From: Tubiluchus corallicola
Taxonomy: Eukaryota > Animalia > Priapulida
DNA: 64,000 nt
NCBI GenBank assembly: GCA_030141605.1
Contig: JAQGDQ010000574.1
Span: 73,933-137,932 of the forward strand
Reading direction: 5' to 3'
Both the position numbers and the translations under genes were made by a program. The first letter of the stretch is position 1; the number at the start of each line of letters is the position of its first letter. The notes under the pieces were generated by a model. That model saw only the letters and a program-made list of their open reading frames with translations, did no database searches and was not told the DNA's origin. Shown here in pieces: positions 51,967 to 64,000 of this stretch.

Positions 51967-52586
51967 TGAAGAAGTTTTAATCACACTGCTGGCATCGGTT
52001 TCGCCTTCCTGAAAACCTGCAAGCAATAAAATCATAAGTCTGCTTGTTTGTTTGTCTGTCCGTTTAACATTGTACCCACAGTGTACTTTCTAAACAGTTG
52101 TCAGTGAAACTATTTTCATCAAACTTTGTAAGATAATACATGAGGCTTTTTTAAACGAACTAACATGAACATCGAATGAAAAATCAAACATCAAGTTGAG
52201 GTTAAAGGTCAAAGTCATAACGAAACTAAAAATGACTGACATCAGCCTGTTCAGTTTAACAAACTCACTCTCTGACATGAATGCAAAGAAGAACAAACAA
52301 TAACAATATGGCAAAGACGGGTACGGTTAAACGTGATGGCAGATGTCAAAAGAAATGGTTAGGCAAGTTGGTTTACATGAGCAAGAAATGAAAGGTCAAA
52401 TGTCAAGTTGAGGTTAAAGGTCAAAGTCATAACTAAACTAAAAATGACTGACATCAGCCTGTTCAGTTTATACGTGTATATGTGTTTATATGTGTCACTC
52501 CCCGACATGAATGCAGAGATGGACAAACATTATGGCAAAGACGGGAACGGTTAAACCTGACGGCAAATGTCAAAAGAAATGGTTAG

Positions 52587-54042
52587 GCAAGTTCGTTTGG
52601 CCTTGACCTTTGGCGAGGCTCACACAAATTTTACTTCATTGTTAGCCAAGTTCGTTTGGCCTTGACCCTTGGCGAGGCTCACACAAATGTTACTTCATTG
52701 TTTACCAAGTTCCTTTGGCCTTGACCCTTGGCGAGGCTCACACAAATGTTACTTATTTGTTAGCCAAGTTCGTTTGGCCTTGACCCTTGGCGAGGCTCAC
52801 ACAAATGTTACTTCATTGTTAGCCAAGTTCGTTTGGCCTTGACCCTTGGCGAGGCTCACACAATTGTTACTTCATTGTTAGCCAAGTTCCTTTGGCCTTG
52901 ACCCTTGGCGAGGCTCACACAAATGTTACTTCATTGTTAACCAAGTTCGTTTGGCCTTGACCATTGGCGAGGCTCACACAAATGTTACTTCATTGTTAGC
53001 CAAGTTCGTTTGGCCTTGACCCTTGGCGAGGCTCACAAATGTTACTTCATTGTTAGCCAAGTTCGTTTGGCCTTGACCCTTGGCGAGGCTCACAAATGTT
53101 ACTTCATTGCTAGCCAAGTTCGTTTGGCCTTGACCCTTGGCGAGGCTCACACAAATGTTACTTCATTGCTAGCCAAGTTTGTTTGGCCTTGACCCTTGGC
53201 GAGGCTCACGCAAATGTTACTTCTTTGTTAGTCAAGTTCGTTTGGCCTTGACCCTTGGCGAGGCTCACACAAATGTTACTTCATTGTTAGCCAAGTTCGT
53301 TTGGCCTTGACCCTTGGCGAGGCTCACAAATGTTACTTCATTGCTAGCCAACTTCGTTTGGCCTTGACCCTTGGCGAGGCTCACACAAATGTTACTTCAT
53401 TGCTAGCCAAGTTTGATTGGCCTTGACCCTTGGCGAGGCTCACGCAAATGTTACTTCTTTGTTAGTCAAGTTTGTTTGGCCTTGACCATTGGCGAGGCTC
53501 ACAAACGTTACTTCATTGCTAGCCAAGTTCGTTTGGCCTTGACCCTTGGCGAGGCTCACACAATTATTACTTCATTGTTAGCCAAGTTCGTTTGGCCTTG
53601 ACCCTTGGCGAGGCTCACGAAAATGTTACTTCATTGTTAGCCAAGTTCGTTTGGCCTTGACCCTTGGCGAAGCTCACACAAATGTTACTTCATTGTTAAC
53701 CAAGTTCCTTTGGCCTTGACCCTTGGCGAGGCTCACAAATGTTACTTCATTGCTAGCCAAGTTCGTTTGGCCTTGACCCTTGGCGAGGGTCACACAAATG
53801 TTACTTCATTGTTAACCAAGTTCCTTTGGCCTTGACCCTTGGCGAGGCTCACAAATGTTACTTCATTGCTAGCCAAGTTTGTTTGGCCTTGACCCTTGGC
53901 GAGGGTCACACAAATGTTACTTCATTGTTAGCCAAGTTCGTTTGGCCTTGACCCTTGGCGAGGCTCACACAAATGTTACTTCATTGTTAGCCAAGCTCGC
54001 TTGGCCTTGACCCTTGGCGAGGCTCACACAAATGTTACTTGA
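52587..54042. repeat. Minisatellite, 57-59-bp unit (CAAGTTCGTTTGGCCTTGACCCTTGGCGAGGCTCACACAAATGTTACTTCATTGTTAGC), ~25 copies, preceded by a ~210-bp tandem duplication (52190-52590)
   Basis: Direct tandem repetition. Confidence 0.93.
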
Positions 54043-56579
54043 TTAAAATTTACCTGCTAACTTCACTCTGCTTGTACAACATACATATAATGCACTTTTG
54101 CCAGTGACGCGTGTTTCTTAATAACAGGTTGCATACGAATATTAATGTAAAATTAATCCAATTTTATGTTTGCCTTGTATGAAACTTTTTAGCAACAAAG
54201 AATACTAATAACAATAAATAACATGATTCACTCACTTCAGAAACGCTTGAGGCCAGAATATTACCAAATTACGCTTCGCAAAATGTGACCAACCTTCTAC
54301 ATACACGGCCATTAATTACACAGACGGCAACAAAAATGTCATCCACGTAATGCCCGCGTTTCGGTTCAAAGTTAATACAAGGTCTAATCTATTTTTAGTC
54401 TGACATACCCCCTCTAGTCTAACGAAAGAAATGCTCGCAGAACCTCGCACCTGTAAGAATGTTCTTTGTTCAAACAAAGTCGTTCGAAAAGAAATGCTTT
54501 TGTAAGTCGTATAAAATTTATAACCCAGGGCAAGCTAAATGTTCAAGTGCTGCCGTGCAGTAACTGACTTCGACTCCAAAAATATGATTACATAAAATGA
54601 AAATGCACTCATATCTCGGTTTGCTGGACAAAAGCGGGGGAGACGTCGGTCCGAATTTGTCGATTGTCCGTATTTTCCGACACTAAACTAATACAGTAGG
54701 CACCACGTATTAGACTCACGGTAATGTAGAATCAATCACCTTATTGTCTCAGAAACGTCTAGCCGCTCTTATGTAAAAGAATATAAAAACTGTCAGCAAT
54801 TGACTCAAACAACTCCGCTTAATTGACTGTATATTTTTATGTGTAGAGAGGTAACACGTGGTTACACGATATAAACAAAGTGACGGCCCGCCAACTAGTG
54901 GTCAGCTTGGGAAATAACGGACTATGTCCGTAGTATGCCCGACTTTTAACGGACCAGATTTTGTCCGAATTTCCGATATAAGTAAATGTGAGGTCCGGCA
55001 AACCGTTATATGAGTGCATTATAAGCTCAGCTAAGAAATCTATAATCATTTTATGCTAATAGCAAATATTTAATAAGTCAAGATAAAGTCTGCGTTGTAA
55101 GAATATGTATTTAGCTTACAAGCAGAGAGTTAGCACGCAAGTTGCCGACAGTTTCTGTCAGGGCTGTTGTTTAGTTTAACCGGAACAACAACAGTGAAAA
55201 TCAAGCATGAAATATTGACTGTGAGAATCAAGTAGGTAAAGGACTGAACATGAGAATCAAGCATGGCAAACTTGTTGACTCACACTAAGAATCAAAGACG
55301 ACAAACTTGAGCTAAAAACTGTGAGAATCAAGTAAGGCAGGCTCGAAGCACCGACTGTGAGAATCAAGTAAGGCAAGCTCGAAGCACCGACTGTGAGAAT
55401 CAAGTAAGGCAAGCTTGCGCAATACCTGCAAGTGGTACGTGTCTACCTGCTTGTACTAACTAGGCTGAACTCAAGACATTTTCAAGTCACTGACACACAA
55501 AACCGTAAAACCTTGGCTGCTTTCCAACGTGCATACCAGCCCACCTGCCTGGGTACGGGTAACTAACACACAAACGAGTGCGCATGCTCGGGGGGCGTCT
55601 ACAGGTAATTAGTACACAAACAACTGCGCATGTTCGAATACCAACTATAAAGAACATAATTGTACCAGCACCACGTTGCCGCTTCATATCTACTAACACA
55701 AAATAAACATGATAATTTTTTGCAGTGAGTACTGTAATAGAACAGAATGTATTAGCTGTTATCCGCGCTAAAAACCTGACACCCCCACGTGCAATGGTAC
55801 GATCAACCGTTCATTAAAACTAAATATAATAATACAAAAGCCACGAGTTGTACGATACTATTAGTTTTTATTTCTATATACCACATTACACAACTGAACA
55901 CACGTTACCCAACTCTAGTCTTGGTTGTTCGACTTACGTAAACGACCCAGTCTTGGTTCCGCCTATTACTGGCGACAACGCTGACTGTAGCGCCACATAC
56001 TGACCATCATCACAACAATCACCGTCGCAGCCATAACCGACAAATTTTAGCAACAACATTACCAATTTATAGACGTAAAATTCATAAATTCTCGAAAGAG
56101 ACTTACAGCAACATTTATGATTATAGTTAAAGAATGTTGGAAAATAACCCAAGGCAAAAGGACGCGTTCATACCTGCGCGCCGCGATAGTTCAATAACCA
56201 AACTTCGGCAGCCGTGGGAGAGAGCACAGCTTAGCTTAGAAGAATAATTGCATTTTGTCACAGAATGTTTGGAATGTATACCTCACCCTACAAGCGGCTC
56301 GTATAATGCTAGTTGTTCCCAGGGTTTTCTAGAGGTCATACAGCATTCCTCGGCGGCCACCAGTGGATGATGAGAGACCGGGTCCTAAACAAATAATACC
56401 CTGGAATGATGCAATCCTCTACCCGAGTTGCGCCGTGTTCGAGTTCTAGTTGGCTTTGTTTGAAAACGCTGCTATTTATGATTAGAAAGGAATTGTAACT
56501 CTACTCCCCCATAGAACGTTAATTAAGATTTTTAAGGCATACCGAGTGGAAACGACAAAATTACATAGACGCATGCAAG

Positions 56580-56960
56580 CCAGAAGAGGTTAAAGATATA
56601 TTGAAAATAAGACTGAATATGATTAAAGTTAAAGGGAACTACAAGAATGAGTTTAAGGATCAGTTATTATGCCCAGTGTGTGGGGAAGATGATGACACTA
56701 CTGAACATAGGCTTAGATGTTACAGATATGGAGAATGGGAAAAAATTTTGAACTCAGATATATTAATGAACAGTGAAAAGGAAGGATTGCTAGAAATTAG
56801 AAATCTAGTGAACGAATGTATGGAATACAGGATAAAGACAAATAAAGACATTAAACTTGGAAAAGACAACTAAAAGATCAGCGTTATAGAAGAATAGACT
56901 TTGCACCCTGTAAAGGTGCCTGCCTCTGATAGGTGGAGAGAGTCGAGTATCGCAATCGCA
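56580..56960 (+). mobile_element. 3' end of a non-LTR retrotransposon (5'-truncated LINE)
   Basis: ORF 56601-56873 has RLNM..VKGNYK...CPVC-x7-H-x3-C, the C-terminal zinc knuckle of LINE ORF2. A short 3' UTR follows, ending in TCGCAATCGCAA. Confidence 0.65.
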
Positions 56961-57577
56961 AAATGGAAGAGTCAAAAGAGTCGAGTAGAAAAATATCTGT
57001 AATGAAAAGAATAAGCCAATAGGGGTGTTAGTGAAAAAATGGACTGTAATCCACAGTTGCTAAGGAAGGGTTGAATTTTCGACTAATTGCTTTGTTCTCA
57101 CTATTTAAAAAGAGCTCTGGTTGGTACCTTCTAGGTACAAGTTATAATAATATTTTAAACTTAGGAAAGCCAAGCTTGTCTGAGGGTAGTAACTAGTACT
57201 GGTTAGGATGGATATCTTAGATGTATAGCGCAGAAGATCTGGGTTCGAATCCCCGTAGATAACAACATTTTTCAGATGTTATGATTTCTTCGTTTGCAAA
57301 ATCGCCCTAAATGCATTTTTAAAAACAGCTGATGAAAAAAGCACAAAATCACTGAACAGACGCTGGCATAAGCAAGAAAAAACATTAGAAAAATACAAAT
57401 AGGTCATCGGTACGCACTGTACAGCATTCGATGCTATAATACTTCATCAATACGTCTAAGAAATTTGTTTATCTGACCTGTTTCTACTGGTGTGGCCTTC
57501 GCCCTGACTTGGCACTGGTCCACGTATAGCGCCAGAAGGAATTTTTATGATGCCGCCGACTGTTTGTTTTTGAGGCA

Positions 57578-58730
57578 GCTAGGTTTCGAAAACGTAGTCA
57601 GCCATTTTCTCCGGCTAGGTTTCGAAAACGTAGTCAGACATTTTCTCCAGCTAAGTTTGGAAAACGTAGTCAGACATTTTCTCCAGCTAAGTTTGGAAAA
57701 CGTAGTCAGACATTTTCTCCGGCTAGGTTTGGAAAACGTAGTCAGACATTTTCTCCGGCTAGGTTTCGAAAACGTAGTCAGCCATTTTCTCCGGCTAGGT
57801 TTGGAAAAAGTAGTCAGACATTTTCTCCGGCTAGGTTTCGAAAACGTAGTCGGGCATTTTCTCCGGCTAGGTTTGGAAAACGTAGTCAGCCATTTTCTCC
57901 GGCTAGGTTTGGAAAACGTAGTCCGACATTTTCTCCGGCTAGGTTTCGAAAACGTAGTCGGGCATTTTCTCCGGCTAGGTTTGGAAAACGTAGTCAGACA
58001 TTTTCTCCGGCTAGGTTTGGAAAACGTAATCAGACATTTTCTCCGGCTAGGTTTGGAAAACGTAGTCAGACATTTTCTCCGGCTAAGTTTGGAAAACGTA
58101 GTCAGACATTTTCTCCGGCTAAGTTTGGAAAACGTAGTCAGGCATTTTCTCCGGCTAGGTTTGGAAAACGTAGTCAGACATTTTCTCCGGCTAGGTTTGG
58201 AAAACGTAATCAGACATTTTCTCCGGCTAGGTTTGGAAAACGTAGTCAGGCATTTTCTCCGGCTAAGTTTGGAAAACGTAGTCAGACATTTTCTCCAGCT
58301 AAGTTTGGAAAACGTAGTCAGACATTTTCTCCGGCTAGGTTTGGAAAACGTAGTCAGACATTTCCTTCGGCTAGGTTCGGAAAATGTAGTCAGACATTTT
58401 CTCCAGCTAGGTTTGGAAAACGTAATCAGACATTTTCTCCGGCTAGGTTTGGAAAACGTAGTCAGACATTTCCTTCGGCTAGGTTTGGAAAACGTAGTCA
58501 GACATTTTCTCCGGCTAGGTTTGGAAAACGTAGTCAGACATTTTCTCCGGCTAGGTTTGGAAAACGTAGCCAGACATTTTCTCCGGCTAGGTTTGGAAAA
58601 CGTAGCCAGACATTTTCTCCGGCTAGGTTTCGAAAACGTAGTCAGACATTTTCTCCAGCTAGGTTTGGAAAACGTACTCAGACATTTTCTCTAGCTAGGT
58701 TTGGAAAACTTAGTCAGACATTTTCTTCGC
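57578..58730. repeat. 36-bp minisatellite (CTAGGTTTGGAAAACGTAGTCAGACATTTTCTCCGG), ~32 copies, left arm
   Basis: Direct tandem repetition; gives the LENVVRHFLRLG repeat ORF. Confidence 0.95.
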
Positions 58731-59673
58731 TAGCTGGAAATGTTCAGCAAGAGGTTTTAAACTTCTACACAAAACTGTTAACAAAGGTGAATGACAGGAG
58801 CTTTGAGTTGTGCACCACATGGCCTTTTGGCCTAATCACTAACGATTACAGATATTAACAAAGCATATATTTATCTATGTACAGCATTGGTCTACTGTGT
58901 GCACATGTTTCTTGTTCTGTATCAACAGTGACAACAGCTAGGCTAGCTACACCCTACAAGTCAACATTTCTGTCTAATCAACCAACTTCTTTGTTTAAAG
59001 CACAAGAAACGGAGTACTTAGACTAGGTTTGAGAAAAATCGTCTTAAAAAATTATATTACTTTATAGCAATTTTATGCGCGATTCGTACTCGCGTTGAAA
59101 GGATTTTTTGTTTGTTTTCATTTCGAATCTCCCGCAATACTGTTCCGAACGCGCCATTAAATGACGTCATATACGCACAAGGGAATGGGAATCAGGGGAA
59201 GAAAAGGAAATGTTAAACTATGTCCTAAAAAACTTTCCATGCAAAGTTATTTTACTTAGCATTTCCTGCAAGACGTACCTAAAAAAACTCCAGCAAATTT
59301 AAAATTTAAGTTTCAAGTTCACTACTGTATTCATACACTAGCTCTCGAACGTGTGCACCACATCACAACTGAACACCTATGAACTGAAAGCTACTCGGTT
59401 CCGAGATGGTGCAACACGTTTCCGAGATGCAGGCGCTAGCGTCCGTCTAACTAACAAATGCTGAATTACATGTAACAGCGAAGAACTAGCCGCGCGAACT
59501 CGAAATTACATTTCTGCCGTAACAATTCTTTCACAAAAATCATTCTTGCAAAAACATAGTGTGCCCTTTCAATGTTTTATAGGGTAGATTGTTTTGAGTT
59601 ATAGTTGGGTCCGGGTTTCCTTAATTTTGGGGCCCAACAACTCTGTAAGTTTGAAACCAACTGGTGTTACGAT

Positions 59674-59841
59674 TTTTCGGAAGTGGTGCTGACAATCCAC
59701 TAGCGTAGCAGTGTCTAGTTTTTTTGCTGGATTACTGCTGCGTTTACCTGTCTGAAGGCAGATTTCTGTTATTCTAGAATTCTGTCTGCCCAATGTCTAC
59801 AATAGACGTGATGGGCGTATGTCGTATGATGATGATGATGA
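59674..59841 (+). mobile_element. Short retroposon with (GAT)n tail and 12-bp TSD TGGTGTTACGAT
   Basis: TSD at 59662-59673 and 59842-59853; second copy of 42670-42841. Confidence 0.75.
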
Positions 59842-59987
59842 TGGTGTTACGATATACAACAATTTATATATTTATAATTTGGTCACGTTGGGTTACCACA
59901 TGTCCAGAAAATGACAAAAGAGTCTTCCTATCACTGAAATGAAGTAACCTCAATGGGTCGCCTCGTTGATGCGGGCTTTTCCGAAGA

Positions 59988-60200
59988 ACCGCCAACCTCG
60001 CCCACTGCCCACCTCACCTACCGCGAGTCGCCAAAAACCGCTAACCTCGCCCACCGCCAACCGCCAAAAACCGCCAACCTCGCCCACCGTCAGCCGCCAA
60101 AAACCGCCAACCTCGCCCACCGCCAGTCGCCAAAAACCGCCAACCTCGCCTACCGCCAGCCGCCACAAACCGCCAAGCTCGCCCATCGCCAACCGCCAGC
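59988..60200. repeat. C-rich 33-bp minisatellite (~6 copies)
   Basis: CGCCAAAAACCGCCAACCTCGCCCACCGCCAGC repeated. Confidence 0.85.
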
Positions 60201-60904
60201 ACATTTGCTGTGTCAAACGTCTATTTTACATAATAAATTAAACGTCGTTATTACAAATTAACTTTCTCGTACCCGTGTTTTAGCTGCTTTTTACCCCCAA
60301 GGTTAGGAATCACAGCTTTAAAGGAAGACAAGCTGATTTTTTATATACTACCTCATTTTCAAGAATGTCAAAAAGTGTACATCTTAACACAGTTAATACA
60401 GCAAAAGCGTTTCTGATAATTAAGTAATAGATTAAAAACTTAAACGTCACAAACGAAAATAATTTTCAATAGCCCAAAAGTATTCCACGAGGGTGTTGCA
60501 CGTGTTTGCGAAAGCGAAAATTGAAGTACAGTGCTACTGTAAGATATTCAGTGTGATGTACTAAAACTAGGCAAGTTTTAAAATAAAAATTCAAATTTCA
60601 AATTTACTGCTGTGCTCACGCATCAACTGGCGAACGTATGTAGTATGTCACAAACTAACACATCTGAACTGAGAGGTACAGCACCTGTTTTTGTGCAATG
60701 CGTTTTGAAAGGCACTAGTGCCTGTCTAACTAGCGAATAACGAAATGCATGTGAAGAACTAGTGGCGTGAACGTGAAATTGTCTTTGTGTGGTAATAATT
60801 CTTTCACGTAAGTCATTTTTGAAAAAATAGCAAGTTTCCTTTCAATATTTTAAAGAGCAGATTGTTTTGACCTGCAGTTTAAGAATGGGTCCGGTTTTGC
60901 TTTA

Positions 60905-61495
60905 AAGTCTAGGAAGTATTTTTTCTATACAACAGCGCATCACTCAACGTGTACTCAACAGGGTCTGGATTTAGTAACTACGGTATAAGTCTAGGCAGGA
61001 GTTTTTCTATACAACAGCGCATCACTCAATGTGTACTCAACAGGGTCCGGATTTAGTAGCTACGGTTTAAGTCTACGCAGGAGTTTTTCTATACAACAGC
61101 GCATCACTCAATGTGTACTCAACAGGGTCTAGATTTAGTAACTACAGTTTAAGTCTAGGTAGCATTTTTTCTATACAACATCGCATCACTCAACGTATTC
61201 AACAGGGTCTAGATTTAGTAACTACGGTTTAAGTCTAGGTAGCATTTTTTCTATACAACAGCGCATCACTCAACGTGTACTCAACAAGGTCCAGATTTAG
61301 TAATACAGTTTAAGTCTAGGTATAATTTTTTCTATACAACATCGCATCACTCAACGTGTACTCAACAGGGTCCGGATTTAGTAACTACAGTTTAAGTCTA
61401 GGTAGCATTTTTTCTATACAACAGCGCATCACTCAACGTGTACTCAACAGGGTCTAGATTTAGTAACTACAGTTTAAGTTTAGGTAGCATTTTTT
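60905..61495. repeat. ~82-bp tandem repeat, ~7 copies, abutting the inner end of the right arm
   Basis: TTTTTCTATACAACAGCGCATCACTCAACGTGTACTCAACAGGGTC... recurs every ~82 nt. Confidence 0.9.
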
Positions 61496-62039
61496 AGGTA
61501 CGTCTTGCAGAAATGCTAAGTAAAATAACTTTGCATGGAAAGTTTTTTAGGACATAGTTTAACATTTCCTTTTCTTCCCCTGATCCCATTCCCTTGTGCG
61601 TATATGACGTCATTTAATGGCGCGTTCGGAACAGTATTGCGGGAGATTCGAAATGAAAACAAACAAAAAATCCTTTCAACGCGAGTACGAATCGCGCATA
61701 AAATTGCTATAAAGTAATATAATTTTTTAAGACGATTTTTCTCAAACCTAGTCTAAGTACTCCGTTTCTTGTGCTTTAAACAAAGAAGTCGATTGATTAG
61801 ACAGAAATGTTGACTTGTAGGGTGTAGCTAGCCTAGCTGTTGTCACTGTTGATACAGAACAAGAAACATGTGCACACAGTAGACCAATGCTGTACATAGA
61901 TAAATATATGCTTTGTTAATATCTGTAATCGCCAGTGATTAGGCCAAAAGGCCATGTGGTGCACAACTCAAAGCTCCTGTCATTCACCTTTGTTAACAGT
62001 TTTGTGTAGAAGTTTAAAACCTCTTGCTGAACATTTCCA

Positions 62040-63198
62040 GCTAGCGAAGAAAATGTCTGACTAAGTTTTCCAAACCTAGCTAGAGAAAATGTCTGAGTAC
62101 GTTTTCGAAACCTAGCCGGAGAAAATGTCTGACTACGTTTTCAAAACCTAGCCGGAGAAAATGTCAGACTACGTTTTCAAAACCTAGCTGGAGAAAATGT
62201 CTGACTACGTTTTCGAAACCTAGCTGAAGAAAATGTATGACTACGTTTTTGAAACCTAGCCGGAGAAAATGTCTGACTACGTTTTCGAAACCTAGCTGGA
62301 GAAAATGTCTGACTACATTTTCCATACCTAGCTGGAGAAAATGTCTGACTACGTTTTCCATACCTAGCTGGAGAAAATGTCTGACTACATTTTCCATACC
62401 TAGCTGGAGAAAATGTCTGACTACGTTTTCCAAACTTAGCTGGAGAAAATGTCTGACTACGTTTTCAAAACTTAGCTGGAGAAAATGTCTGACTACGTTT
62501 TCCAAACTTAGCTGGAGAAAATGTCTGACTACGTTTTCGAAACCTAGCCGGAGAAAATGTCTGACTACGTTTTCCAAACCTAGCCGGAGAAAATGTCTGA
62601 CTACGTTTTCGAAACCTAGCCGGAGCAAATGTCTGACTACGTTTTCCAAACTTAGCCGGAGAAAATGTCTGACTACATTTTCCAAACTTAGCCGGAGAAA
62701 ATGTCTGACTACGTTTTCCAAACTTAGCTGGAGAAAATGTCTGACTACGTTTTCCAAACCTAGCTGGAGAAAATGTCTGACTACGTTTTCCAAACCTAGC
62801 CGGAGAAAATGTCTGACTACGTTTTCGAAACCTAGCCGGAGAAAATGTCTGACTACGTTTTCCAAACCTAGCCGGAGAAAATGTCTGACTACGTTTTCCA
62901 AACCTAGCCGGAGAAAATGTCTGACTACGTTTTCGAAACCTAGCCGGAGAAAATGTCTGACTACGTTTTCCAAACTTAGCTGGAGAAAATGTCTGACTAC
63001 GTTTTCGAAACTTAGCTGGAGAAAATGTCTGACTACGTTTTCAAAACTTAGCTGGAGAAAATGTCTGACTACGTTTTCCAAACTTAGCTGGAGAAAATGT
63101 CTGACTACGTTTTCGAAACCTAGCCGGAGAAAATGTCTGACTACGTTTTCCAAACTTAGCTGGAGAAAATGTCTGACTACGTTTTCGAAACCTAGCTG
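62040..63198. repeat. 36-bp minisatellite, inverted, ~32 copies, right arm
   Basis: Reverse complement of the 57578-58730 unit. Confidence 0.95.
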
Positions 63199-64000
63199 CC
63201 TCAAAAACAAACAGTCGGCGGCATCATAAAAATTCCTTCTGGCGCTATACGTGGACCAGTGCCAAGTCAGGGCGAAGGCCACACCAGTAGAAACAGGTCA
63301 GATAAACAAATTTCTTAGACGTATTGATGAAGTATTATAGCATCGAATGCTGTACAGTGCGTACCGATGACCTATTTGTATTTTTCTAATGTTTTTTCTT
63401 GCTTACGCCAGCGTCTGTTCAGTGATTTTATGCTTTTTTCATAAGCTGTTTTTAAAAATGCATTTAGGGCGATTTTGCAAACGAAAGAAATCATAACATC
63501 TGAAAAATGTTGTTATCTACGGGGATTCGAACCCAGATCTTCTGCGCTATACATCCATCCTAACCAGTACTAGTTACTACCCTCAGACAAGCTTGGCTTT
63601 CCTAAGTTTAAAATATTATTATAACATACCTGAAAGGATCAGTCTGGTCTGTCAACCGACAGGCGACAGTTCATTTGCATTTAACGATCCCGTGACCGTC
63701 CCTAACTGTACAATGTATATCGTTCATGGTGCTAATAAGAAAGTATGGAGAGTAAATAGAGTACACCTTGATGAACTAAGTTAAGCTGTATTACAGCAAT
63801 ATTTTTTGCCTATTTCTGATTCTTTAAAAAGTAGATGAGTTAAAAAATGTAGTTTTTCTTTCACGATGAATTAGTGATTACTGGATTAGCTTTTGCAAAT
63901 GATATAGTCTTGTTTTTCCAGAGAGCAAATAATATGGGTCATATATTTATTGAAAATAGTTGAAAGTCACCAAGGTGGGGCGAACATATGGTTTAATAAT

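Larger units (their letters stand above)
57141..63625. mobile_element. Foldback-like long inverted repeat: arms 57141-59286 and 61490-63625, spacer ~2.2 kb
   Basis: The unique parts of the arms are near-perfect reverse complements (a few SNPs and one ~9-bp indel). Each arm contains a 36-bp satellite array. Confidence 0.85.

Noticed and set aside
54236-56152. Upstream segments with good donors (54236, 55938) as coding exons
   Set aside because: Their open frames are not phase-compatible with the 51892-52016 exon, so they are treated as probable 5' UTR exons only.
57492-58694. 400-aa ORF (and mirror ORFs 62164-63282 and 62237-63229) with 12-aa repeats
   Set aside because: These arise from a stop-free 36-bp satellite, start at non-ATG codons or inside the array, and show no domain or splice support.

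Overview
AT-rich, intron-rich animal (invertebrate-like) genomic DNA with four protein genes that I could reconstruct by hand. (1) The 5' part of MRPS10 (minus strand, runs off the left edge). (2) DNAL1, dynein axonemal light chain 1 (plus strand, 9 coding exons, 4702-21055), head-to-head with MRPS10 across a ~205-bp promoter carrying a ZNF143/Staf-like site and an RFX X-box-like site. (3) An intronless 830-aa gene nested antisense in DNAL1 intron 5. It fuses ~8-9 ankyrin repeats to a cGAS/Mab-21-like nucleotidyltransferase with an intact catalytic triad, making it a candidate ankyrin-sensor cGAS-like immune receptor and the most interesting item here. It is bracketed by two half-copies of one TTAA MITE. 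(4) A ~1210-aa ZNF541/TRERF1-like ELM2-SANT/C2H2 regulator (minus strand, 15 coding exons, 25008-51966). The rest is repeats: a 5S-rRNA-derived SINE with TSD, a tRNA-derived SINE, several MITE families, solo-LTR-like elements, a Penelope-type minimal hammerhead motif, many intron-specific minisatellites (one built of a Pol III B-box plus TTAGGG), and a ~6.5-kb foldback-like inverted repeat at the right end. All identifications come from manual translation and recalled family motifs; no database searches were run, and repeat boundaries are approximate.
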